The position numbers and the translations under genes were made by a program. A model generated the notes under the pieces. The model made no database searches and was not told the DNA's origin. It was given only the letters and a program-made list of their open reading frames with translations. A stretch of 64,000 nucleotides of DNA from Octopus vulgaris (taxonomy: Eukaryota). Positions 1 to 9,832 of this stretch are shown here, piece after piece. Where the stretch lies: positions 45,012,001 through 45,076,000 of the forward strand of contig OX597825.1 of the NCBI GenBank assembly GCA_951406725.2, given 5' to 3'. Within the stretch, counting starts at the first letter, position 1. Every line of letters starts with the position of its first letter.

Positions 1-1185
1 ACATTTTGGATTTTTCTTGATGTTTTCTATGGCTCTCTTTTCTGCATTGTTACGTTCTTCATCATAGTGTTGTTTTAGATTGTCTTCTAATCTGTATATT
101 TGGTCAAGGACTTTCTGTAATTCATGTTTTGATGTCAGCTTAGATGTTTTGTTTCTTAGTCTTGACCTTTTGCGCATCAGGATCTTTCGCTCCCGTGGTA
201 CAGGTTTTTTTGTGGATTTGGTTTTCTTAAGAGGAATATTTTTTGCACATATTTCTTCGATCTTGTTTAAGAATTTCTTGTGTTTATCTGGCCCAGTAAG
301 GTAGAGATCCCAGTCAATGATTTGTAACTGGTTGTTAATAGTTTCCCAATTTGCCTGGTGATAATCATACCTGCATAGCTTTGGCATGTCCTTTTGTTTA
401 AGAGTTGTGGCATTGGGCTCATTACCAATGTGTAAATGCATTTCAATAATATTGTGGTCTGAAAGGATTGTTGGGGTTGAGTGAAGGTCAAATAGCGTGT
501 CCTCGTTGTTGGTGAAAACCAAGTCGATCGTATTATTATTTCTTGTTGCTTCTGTCATCATTTGTTTGAGGTATAATTTCTCTGTGACTTCCAACAGTTT
601 GGCTGCCTGTATTTGTTCAGCTTTTGTCCCCAGTTTTAGTATGTGTCCATGTGGCCAGATGATGTTAGGGAAGTTGAAGTCACCAAGGAGGCTAATGTCT
701 GGCATTGGACTCGCCATGTTTCCCAGAATTTGTTGGAGCTTTGTCAGTGGCTCAGTGAAGGATAATGTTGGGCTGTTTGGCGGTCTGTACATTATTGTTA
801 CAACTGTATTAAGTTGGATGATTTTTATGCACAGCAGGTTGCAGTAGGCATTTGATTCATTGACAAGTTCTATGCATGCATAGGTATCATGGATATACAT
901 GATAACGCCCCCATGGGATCTGCCTTGTCTATCACATCTGATGATGTTGAATCTATTGATTGTGATTTCGCTGTTGCGGATGTTTTCGTTGAGATGACTT
1001 TCAGTAATTCCAATTATTTTGGAGTTGTTTTCTGTTGCTAATTCTTCCAAGAAAGGGACTTTACACTGTTTTGTTTTCGGATAAAGACCCTGGATATTTG
1101 CTGTTATTATGCTTGTTGTACAGGATACATCTGTCCTATTGTTGGCAAGACTGTTGTAGTTGCTGGGACTGTGCTGACTGGATAT
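1..1185 (-). CDS. LINE ORF2, N-terminal AP-like endonuclease (partial, open to the window edge)
   Basis: Manual translation is stop-free from 1185 to 1: ITANIQGL, IIGITESHL, RCDR..HGGV, MYRPP, LLGDFNFPNI, TIDLVFTN, LSDHNII. Absent from the ORF track, probably because no stop lies inside the window. Confidence 0.88.
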   Translation of the reverse strand, partial: MSSQHSPSNYNSLANNRTDVSCTTSIITANIQGLYPKTKQCKVPFLEELATENNSKIIGITESHLNENIRNSEITINRFNIIRCDRQGRSHGGVIMYIHDTYACIELVNESNAYCNLLCIKIIQLNTVVTIMYRPPNSPTLSFTEPLTKLQQILGNMASPMPDISLLGDFNFPNIIWPHGHILKLGTKAEQIQAAKLLEVTEKLYLKQMMTEATRNNNTIDLVFTNNEDTLFDLHSTPTILSDHNIIEMHLHIGNEPNATTLKQKDMPKLCRYDYHQANWETINNQLQIIDWDLYLTGPDKHKKFLNKIEEICAKNIPLKKTKSTKKPVPRERKILMRKRSRLRNKTSKLTSKHELQKVLDQIYRLEDNLKQHYDEERNNAEKRAIENIKKNPKC

Positions 1186-2465
1186 TCAGTCTGCTGGGCT
1201 GTCTGTATTTGTTGTATGTGCCCTGTAAGTCCAGGTGTCAGCCTTTGTATCAATGTTGCCTGGTTTTGCTGAGTCATCTGTATGGAGTACAGCTGTTGTT
1301 GTAGTTGGTAGATTATGCCTAAAAAACTGCTTTCATTCATTACTATATCGAATTTCTGCGAGTTTGGGTTTGTTACAGCTGATGTATGCAATTGAGTAGC
1401 ATGATTTTCATTCACTGTTGAGCCATGACCTGGTTTCCACATTTTTGGGAAATGGTTTTCATACCCTGCTGAGCTTGGTCCTGGTGGTGTGGGTTCAGTA
1501 GTTTTTATGCGAATTGTACCCTTCCGGTGCATAAATTTGCAATTCTCGCCAAAACATTCTTTTTTTCTCAGCGAATTGCGGCACATCTTTGGGTGAAGGA
1601 GTTCACATTCTCGGCCATTTTGGCATCCTTTTTTTCGATCAGTACCGAAGTTGATATATGGTTTGCATGGTTTGGGGTGACTGTACGTGCACCCTGTACC
1701 TGAAAGACCATGTTTGCACTTGTTGCGCCTGTAATGGATACATACTGGCCTTTCTTCATTTGAGCGTTTGCTCTGAATCTGTTTCTTTTCGTGGGAGGTT
1801 TGGTCTTTTTCTGCAGGATCTCCTGTTTCTTGTTTTGTAGGTGTTTGCATGTCATTGTCTTCATTCTTGTCATTTACAAGAGGCACTTGGATGGCCTGTG
1901 TGTGGCAGGATTTATTTGCCATGTCAGTTTCGCCAATCAATGTCTGTTTAGAACGGCCTGTCTGTGGTAGGGTCCTAGGTTCATTCGTTATTGTGGCCCT
2001 TGGTGAACAATAACCGCATAGCCAGTGTAAGCCTAGAATATCTGGAATGGTGTAGTTATTTATCTTTTTTAAGTAGCACACTTCGTGTATTCCTTGTCCA
2101 CAGATGAAGCATGCCAAAGCTGGTTTTTGGCCAAATGTAATGCAGTACTGTTTGTCACACATTGTGCAAGTCTCCGGGAGGAAGTTTTCAATCCTTGTTA
2201 TAATCCAGTTGGTGAGGTTTGATTTTGTGAGCTCAACTTGGACACCATCATTCAAGAAAGCTGCTGCTTTCTTTAATATCGTAAACTTACAGTTGGTGAA
2301 AATATTTTTGTATATTGCTCCACTTTCCTGTTTGATATCATATTTCGACAAGACACTTTTTATATCTTGATTTTGTGTTGATGAGATGATTTTCAATATG
2401 ATGTCTGTGGCCAGGCAAGTGTTGCTCTCTGAGCTGGCAGTCCGTGGATTTCCGTTACCCGTCAT
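1107..2465 (-). CDS. LINE ORF1, 452 aa, with a PHD finger and three CCCH zinc fingers
   Basis: C4HC3 pattern CTMC..CFIC..H..C..WLCGYC; CCCH motifs CIHYRRNKCKHGLSGTGCTYSH, CKPYINFGTDRKKGCQNGRECELLH, CRNSLRKKECFGENCKFMH; lies directly upstream of the endonuclease ORF. Confidence 0.88.
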   Translation of the reverse strand: MTGNGNPRTASSESNTCLATDIILKIISSTQNQDIKSVLSKYDIKQESGAIYKNIFTNCKFTILKKAAAFLNDGVQVELTKSNLTNWIITRIENFLPETCTMCDKQYCITFGQKPALACFICGQGIHEVCYLKKINNYTIPDILGLHWLCGYCSPRATITNEPRTLPQTGRSKQTLIGETDMANKSCHTQAIQVPLVNDKNEDNDMQTPTKQETGDPAEKDQTSHEKKQIQSKRSNEERPVCIHYRRNKCKHGLSGTGCTYSHPKPCKPYINFGTDRKKGCQNGRECELLHPKMCRNSLRKKECFGENCKFMHRKGTIRIKTTEPTPPGPSSAGYENHFPKMWKPGHGSTVNENHATQLHTSAVTNPNSQKFDIVMNESSFLGIIYQLQQQLYSIQMTQQNQATLIQRLTPGLTGHIQQIQTAQQTEYPVSTVPATTTVLPTIGQMYPVQQA

Positions 2466-2839
2466 CGTTTATGTGGGCGGTGGATTGTGAATAGCTTGAG
2501 ATTTAGAATTGTTTGACTTGAATGGAGAGGGGGAAAGGAGCAGTGGTTGATTTTGTACACTGGCTGAGATAGTAGTAGTAGTAGCAATGGTACTTGAGTT
2601 GTTAGTGGAGCTATGGTGGTGGGATATGGAGGAAGTAAGAGTGGTTGGGATGGGTCACTGGCGAGGTAGAATGGAATGTTTGGCTTTGGCCACTAGGAGT
2701 AGTAGGGGAGAGAGGATGAAGAAGGAGAAGTAGCAGTAGAAGATGGAAACAATGATGATGACGATAATGACGATGATGATGGTGATGCAGTGGGTCTATT
2801 AGTTCTTTTAGCTGCTGATGTGAATGTTGTAGTTGTATT

Positions 2840-3331
2840 CACTTCAATATATGACCAGTTGCGATATTTAAAGATGTGTTTTTTTGTTACTGTTGCTGTT
2901 GTTGTGAACTATTTATTGTTTTTCAGTGTCTTCGATTCGTTGTTGATCACTTAACCAAGTTGTTTGTGCAACAAAAAAATATAGATAATAACATTAAATG
3001 GGCTGTAGTGAGTAAAAAAATTTCAGGCTAGTTTATCCACGTGGTTACAGGTTTCTCACAGTGAGATACGAAGCAGAGTTATTAAAGAGATGGCCAACTC
3101 TTTTAGCAATGAAATTGAAGTTTGAGGCATGTATGTTATCGGTTTGAGAGAGAATGAACCATGAGTTAATGAAAGTATCCACTTCAATGTACGACCAGTT
3201 GCGATATTTAAAGATGTGTTTTTTGTTACCGTTGTTGTGAGCTACTTATTGTTTTTCAGTGTCTTCGATTCGTTGTTGATCACTTAACCAAGTTGTTTGT
3301 GCAACAAGAAATATAGATAATAACAGTAAAT
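2840..3331. repeat. Two copies of a ~155-bp direct repeat in the LINE 5'UTR (2840-2999 and 3180-3331)
   Basis: CACTTCAAT..GACCAGTTGCGATATTTAAAGATGTG..CACTTAACCAAGTTGTTTGTGCAAC..ATAGATAATAAC occurs twice. Confidence 0.9.
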
Positions 3332-3725
3332 ATAGGTAATGAATATAGGTAATGGCAAATAAGGATAGAAATATTCAAAATATTAACTTCTGTGGTGTAT
3401 TGAACAGTAGGAGACAATAGTACTGGTATATGTTATAATTCTGAGATAATGTAAACTATTGTGTGTTTGTTAATAGGAATATTGTGTGCTTACGAATAAT
3501 TATTATTATCGTTATAGTATTATATCTTTCATAATACGTGTTCACGATACAAAAACGTAGCTTTCACTGGAATTAAGGCTTTGTCGTTTTTGAGAAGGAA
3601 GAATTTTCAGTTGAGTTTTCAGTTGAAAATTGTAAAGTTGGGTTCATATGTATTCTGTTCCAACAGCTACTTACTGGTCAGAGCGAGCTGAAACACGTCT
3701 TGTTAGTTCCTGCTACTATATATAT

Positions 3726-4020
3726 ATCTTGAAACTCCCTTTGGTCATGACTGACTGTGGGATTGCACCTCAGGCACAAGTCCGGGCAAGGTTGTTTATG
3801 GCAGAAAGTTACCAGCCTCCCTCTCCACGCCACCTCAGGCACAAGTCCGGGCAACTCATTTTTAAGGTTGTTTATGGCAGACCAGCAGTCATGTCTTCAC
3901 ATACCTCTTTAATCTCTCATACCAGCCTCCGAACCGCTAAGTTACGGGGACATAAGCACACCAGCATCGGTTGTCAAGTGATATTGAGGGTGACAAACAC
4001 AGACACACAAACATATACAC
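3726..4020 (-). repeat. Composite of SINE/LINE-tail fragments
   Basis: Shares GACAACCGATGCTGGTGTG..CCCCGTAACTTAGCGGTTCGG (minus strand) with repeats near 6150 and 6560; internal GGCACAAGTCCGGGCAA duplication. Confidence 0.5.
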
Positions 4021-4030
4021 ACACATACAT

Positions 4031-4074
<44 letters not shown>

Positions 4075-4075
<1 letters not shown>

Positions 4076-5660
4076 AGATAGGGGTTGAAAATTCAACCCA
4101 GCCATGGGATAATATATATCCAATATACTGCTAGATAGGTACCTCAACAAAATTAATACATAGATGTTAAAAATTGTCAAACAATCAGTTCATCCATTGT
4201 ATTATATCAAAGGTACATAAAATACTCGTAAATTAATACTACAAAATTAGAGAATGGAGAAACATACTTAAATCAGTAAAACATCAACTATCCGATGATA
4301 CTCAATCCATTTTAATACAGCCATTACATATGAGTCTTTAGTGTAATGGTCTTTGGTAGGACATAGGTACATCCTTCATTGATGAATTGATCAAGTATTT
4401 TCTCCATTCTTCTAGGGTGACATACATGATCACAAGGAACAAATATACTACACTAGGGTGTATTCACATGCACTATTAATATTTAAATCAATAAATGGAT
4501 GCTTATATTACACCAGTATGAGCAATTCAGGTTCCTCAAAAGATAAATTTAGGTTATAAAATGAGATAGGGGTTGAAAATTCAACCCACCATGGGATAAT
4601 ATATATCCAATATACTGCTAGATAGGTACCCAACAAAATTAATACATAGATGTTAAAAATTGTCAAACAATCAGTTCATCCATTGTATTATATGGGTAAA
4701 GGTAATAAAATTACCGTAAATTAATACTACAAAATTAGAGAATGGAGAAACATACTTAAATCAGTAAAACATCAACTATCCGATGATACTCAATCCATAC
4801 TTTAATACACCATTACATATGAGTTAGTGTAATGGTCTTTGGTAGGGATAGGTACATCCTTCATTGATGAATTGATCAGTATTTTCTCCATTCTTCTAGC
4901 AGTAATGATCAAAGGAACAAATATACTACACTAGGGTGTATTCACATGCACTATTAATATTTAAATCAATAAATGGATGCTTATATTACACCAGTATGAG
5001 CAATTCAGGTTCCTCAAAAGATAAATTTAGGTTATAAAATGAGATAGGGGTTGAAAATTCAACCCACCATGGGATAATATATATCCAATATACTGCTAGA
5101 TAGGTACCCAACAAAAATAATACATAGATGTTAAAAATTGTCAAACAATCAGTTCATCTATTGTATTAAATGGGTAAAGGTAATAAAATTACCGTAAATT
5201 AATACTACTTACCCATATAATACAATGGATGAACTGATTGTTTGACAATTTTTAACATCTATGTATTAATTTTGTTGGGTACCTATCTAGCAGTATATTG
5301 GATATATATTATCCCATGGTGGGTTGAATTTTCAACCCCTATCTCATTTTATAACCTAAATTTATCTTTTGAGGAACCTGAATTGCTCATACTGGTGTAA
5401 TATAAGCATCCATTTATTGATTTAAATATTAATAGTGCATGTGAATACACCCTAGTGTAGTATATTTGTTCCTTTGATCATTACTGCTAGAAGAATGGAG
5501 AAAATACTGATCAATTCATCAATGAAGGATGTACCTATCCCTACCAAAGACCATTACACTAAAGACTCATATGTAATGGTGTATTAAAGTATGGATTGAG
5601 TATCATCGGATAGTTGATGTTTTACTGATTTAAGTATGTTTCTCCATTCTCTAATTTTGT
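4075..5660. repeat. Tandem-then-inverted array of a ~478-bp unit flanked by (TA)n
   Basis: Units start GAGATAGGGGTTGAAAATTCAACCC at 4075, 4563 and 5041; 5209-5660 is the reverse complement of the unit. Confidence 0.95.
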
Positions 5661-5685
5661 TATATATATATATATACATATATAC

Positions 5686-5848
5686 AACGGGCTTCTTTCA
5701 GTTTCCGTCTACCAAATTCACTCACAAGGCTTTGGTCAGCATGAGGCTATTGTAGAAGACACTTGCCCAAGGTGCTGTGCAGTGGGACTGAACCCAGAAC
5801 CATGTGGTTTGTAAGCAAGCTACTTACCACACAGCCACTCCTATGCCT
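5686..5848 (-). mobile_element. tRNA-derived SINE (5' half)
   Basis: A-box-like TGGCTGTGTGG and B-box-like GGTTCAGTCCC, then CCTTGGGCAAGTGTCTTCT..GGTAGACGGAAACTGAAAGAAGCCCG; a second copy lies near 6348-6485 (+). Confidence 0.75.
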
Positions 5849-6119
5849 ATATATAAATATATTCATTTATACATACAAATATGTACATAGCTAAATATAT
5901 ATGTATATATACATGCATATATGGGTACAGGACATTAAAAAACGTTGAACACAATGAGAAACAAGAACATAGAAAACAAACTTTTTTTGAACAATGAAAA
6001 ATACACACAGAAAAATGAGACATGCAACATAAAAGAATATTCCTCTTCATCAGTGTCCCTGTTGCATGTATGTATGCATGTATGTATGCATGTATATATC
6101 TATGTGTGTGTGTTATTGT

Positions 6120-6483
6120 ATCTGTGTTTATCCCCCTCATCACTGCTTGACAACTGGTGTTGGTGTTTACGTCCCCCATAACTTAGTGATTCTGCAAAAA
6201 GAGACCGATAGAATAAGTACTAGGCTGTAAAACATAATTCTTGGGACCGATTTGTTAGACTTAAACCCTTCAAGGCAGTGCTCCAATATGGCCACAATCA
6301 AACGACTGAAACAAGTAAAAGAATAAAAGAATATACATATATATTATAGGCACAGACATGACTTGGTAAGAAGCTTGCTTTCCAAACACATGGTTCCAGG
6401 TTCAGTCTTATGTGCAGCATCATGGGAAAGTTTCTTCTATAGCCTCAAGTGGATTTGGTAGACAGAAACTGAAAGAAGCCTGA

Positions 6484-6522
<39 letters not shown>

Positions 6523-6655
6523 GTTTCTGTGTTTGTGTTTGTCCCCCCACCATCATATGACAACCAATGTTGGTGTGGTTACATCTCTGTAACTTAGCAG
6601 TTCAACAAAAGAGACCAATAGAATAAATACTAGGCTTACAAAGAATAAAGAATAA
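6120..6655 (+). mobile_element. SINE cluster (3' halves and a decayed tRNA head) split by microsatellites
   Basis: Repeated CTTAG..AAAAGAGACC.ATAGAATAA.TACTAGGCT and GACTGAAACAAGTAAAAG segments. Confidence 0.65.
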
Positions 6656-6657
6656 AT

Positions 6658-6730
<73 letters not shown>

Positions 6731-6743
<13 letters not shown>

Positions 6744-8729
6744 GAAGTTGTGTGTGTGTCTGTCTCCTACGATTTAGATTCCTAACTACTCCCACATTTT
6801 GCGGTGCAGTTTCACCAAATTCGGGTATCTTATAGTCGTGATTCATATCGAGCCTGTCTAGGTATTAGCGCATGTCTACGATGAGTCTACGATTTAAAAA
6901 ATAATTTACCATAATTTTTTTCCATTTTAACGCATATTTTTTAAATAAAGGGAAGGCGGCGGAGTTGGCGTCCATGCTCACACCTGCACCTGTATTGCTT
7001 ATCCCTCTTCTTCCCTCCCTCGTGAAGCTGTGGGGAAGGGAGTGTAAGGAAATCAACGTCGTAAAGCGTTGTCAAGGAGACCAGCGTTCTTTTAGAACAA
7101 CGACTTCATGGCTTAAAGACACCAAAACAGAAATGGCTAAGAAAGCCCAAAAGCAAATTCTACAAAATCGGGAAACACGCCACACAGGGAAGGTTTCCCG
7201 TGCAAAGAATTTGCACAACCGAATGTTACAGTTGTTGCACAACTTTTACTTAAAAAATATTATCCCGGTGGTGGCGGTGGCGGTGGTGCTGGTAGTGGTG
7301 ATGGTGGTCGTGGTCGTGGTGGTCGTCGTGTTTGTGGTGGTGGTGGTGGTGGTGGTGGTGGTGGTGGTGGTGGTGTTGTTGTTGGTGGGGGGGGTGATGA
7401 TGGTGGTGGTCGTGGTGGTCATGATGGTGGTGGTGATGGTCATGGGCGTAGTGGTGGTGGTGGTCATGGTGGTAGTGGTGATGGTGGTGATGGTGTTGGT
7501 CGTCGTGGTGGTGGTGGTGGTGGTGGCTGAAGCTGTCGTCTGGGTTCTTCCAATTTTTTCGTGTGTCGGTGGCAGCGTTAGCGTTCATGCTCGCACCTGC
7601 ACCTGTGTAGCTCCTCCCCTTCTTCCCTCCCTCGTGAAGCGTTGTCAAGGAGACCAGCGTTCTTTTAGAATAACGACTTCATGGCTTGAAGTCGCCAAAA
7701 CAGAAATCGCTAAAAAAGCTGAAACAGATCCACAAAAACGGCAAAAACCGCCACACAGGGCAGGTTTCCTGTGCAAACAATTTGCACAACCGAATGTTTT
7801 AGTTGTTGCACAAATCTTTATATCTATATATATAAAACTGTAGTTGTGTGAGTGTCTGTCCCCTTCGATTTAGATTCCTAACTACTCCCACATTTTGCGG
7901 TGCAGTTTAACCAAATTCGGGTATCTTATAGTCATGATTCATATCGAGCCCGTCTGAGTATTAGCGCGCGTCTACGATGAGTCTACGATTTTAAAAATAA
8001 TTTAACATCCTTTTTTATTCCATTTTAATGCATAATTTTTCGTGTGTCGATGGCGGCGGAGTTGGCGTCCATGGTCACACCTGCACCTGTTTGCTTCTCC
8101 CCTTCTTCCCTCCCTCGTGAAGCTGTGGGGAAGGGAGTGTAAGGAAATCAACGTCGTAAAGCGTTGTCAAGGAGACCAGCGTTCTTTTAGAACAACGACT
8201 TCATGGCTTGAAGACACCAAAACAGAAATGGCTAAGAAAGCCCGAATTGGCATCTATAAGGGAAGTAACTCTCTAAAAATGCTTATATAGTTATTTCCTT
8301 TACAAACCCGAGCAACGCCGGGCGATACTGCTAGTTATATATAAAAGTGAAGTTGTGTGTCTGTCTCCTACGATTTAGATTCCTAACTACTCCCACATTT
8401 TGCAGTGCAGTTTAACCAAAACCGGGTATCTTATAGTCGTGATTCATATCGAGCCCTTCTGGGTATTAGCGCGTGTCTACGATGAGTCTATGATTTAAAA
8501 AAAAATTTACCATCATTTTTTCCATTTTAATGCATTTTTTCACTATTATATAAGGGAAGTAACTCTCTAAAAATGTCTACGATGAGTCAACAATTTAAAA
8601 AAAAAAATACCATCATTTTTTATTCCATTTTTAATGCATTTTTTTGCTATCTTTTTGCTATAACTCTCTAAAAATGCTTATATAGTTATTTCCCTTACAA
8701 ACCCGAGCAACGCCGGGCGATACTGCTAG
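6731..8729 (+). mobile_element. Three tandem non-autonomous Helitron-like elements (~6731-7820, 7821-8334, 8336-8729)
   Basis: Each starts TATATAAAA.TG.AGTTGTGTG..GATTTAGATTCCTAACTACTCCCAC; copies 2 and 3 end with hairpin CCCG-AGCAACGC-CGGG then CTAG|T at 8334 and 8729. Confidence 0.75.
7266..7530. repeat. (GGT)n-like microsatellite inside the first Helitron-like copy
   Basis: Imperfect GGT/GAT/CGT triplets; source of the poly-V/H/T ORFs. Confidence 0.95.
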
Positions 8730-9557
8730 TATATATATAATATAATACGCACACACACACGCACACTGCTATTAGTACTGTAGAACATACCTCCATGTTT
8801 TTTAGCCAACAATGTGTTTTACACTGATTGTAAACAATCTTTCTGTGTGCGGACAGAGAAAGAGGGAACAAATGTATGCTTCTTTCAGATCTTGTTGGAA
8901 TTGTCATCAGCAATTGTGCACTTTTAGTATGTGTCCGCAAACGCACTGATTATAAATCCACCAATATTAAGGGTCAAAATATACTGGATAGACCAACTTG
9001 CACACTTAACATGTTTCTAGGTCACTACATCACACAAAAAATTATTGGTGTGTTAACAGTTTTGTTTTATTTCTATAATGTACTACAGAACACATATTCA
9101 TAGTTTTTTTTTTTTCATTTTTTGTGTTACAACTGTACATATTGTACTGATGTATTGCTTACAATTGTCATAATACAATGGCTGAAACATGTAAATTTAG
9201 CTCTAAGGTATCTATTCATTATCACTGAACTATGTGCATTACCAGTACTTATTTTATAAAGCCTGAAGGGATGAATGGCAATGTCTATCCTAGAATAATT
9301 TAAACTGAGCTATGAGATGTATGAAACTTAGTACTACAACATATTTAGTCTAGGGCTCATTCAGATAAATATACAAAATAAATATTTTAAGCAAACTGCG
9401 AATGCAGATACAAAACTTTTATAAAAGTGTTTGCCAAATTATTGGAACATGCATTCTTTCTCTCTGCCAATCAAACAAAAGCTCTCATATTCATTGTACA
9501 TTTATGATTTATATTCCACTTCAAAATCTTAATATTCAGTAAAAGAATAAATCTTAC

Positions 9558-9832
9558 CGTTTGTTCACAGATGAATGTAGCAAAAATTACAGTTACATAT
9601 CCTAAGATTCCCCTGACTTTGCATGAATTGGCTATTTTGAAACAAGCACAATTGATTCTTGGTGGTTCAATTGAACACTGTGGAACAGATAAACCCCAAG
9701 GATCAAAAGGGTTTTGAGATATAATTTGATCTCCAGTACACAGTATTTGGGTTTCTCCATTTGGTGCAATCAGAAGATCTACTTGTACTGCTGTGACGAA
9801 ATCACTGGGAGGATATGCTTCAATAATTCCTC
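9558..9832 (-). CDS. IQCH: IQCH-like exon F (275 nt): (G)GIIEAYPPSDFVTAVQVDLLIAPNGE...FATFICEQT
   Basis: TTTCAG acceptor, GTAAGA donor, phase matches the previous exon; resembles recalled IQCH [26 protein letters not shown]. Confidence 0.88.

Larger units (their letters stand above)
1..3716 (-). mobile_element. CR1/Jockey-group non-LTR retrotransposon, 5' portion (5'UTR, ORF1, start of ORF2); continues past the window edge
   Basis: Intact ORF1 followed by an APE-endonuclease frame; 5' end reads ...AACAAGACGTGTTTCAGCTC (CR1-like 5' motif) and abuts a (TA)n run near 3717. Confidence 0.85.

Noticed and set aside
4075-5660. SECIS element in the 478-bp unit (some Penelope clades carry SECIS)
   Set aside because: I could not build an AUGA/GA quartet with a correctly spaced apical AA by eye; needs SECISearch
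6040-6065. CTGATGA on the minus strand as a further hammerhead
   Set aside because: No suitably placed GAAA or closing stems; sequence is cut off by a microsatellite
6965-7843. 292-aa ORF with a long poly-Val stretch, and overlapping poly-His/Thr ORFs
   Set aside because: Produced by a (GGT)n microsatellite inside a non-coding Helitron-like repeat
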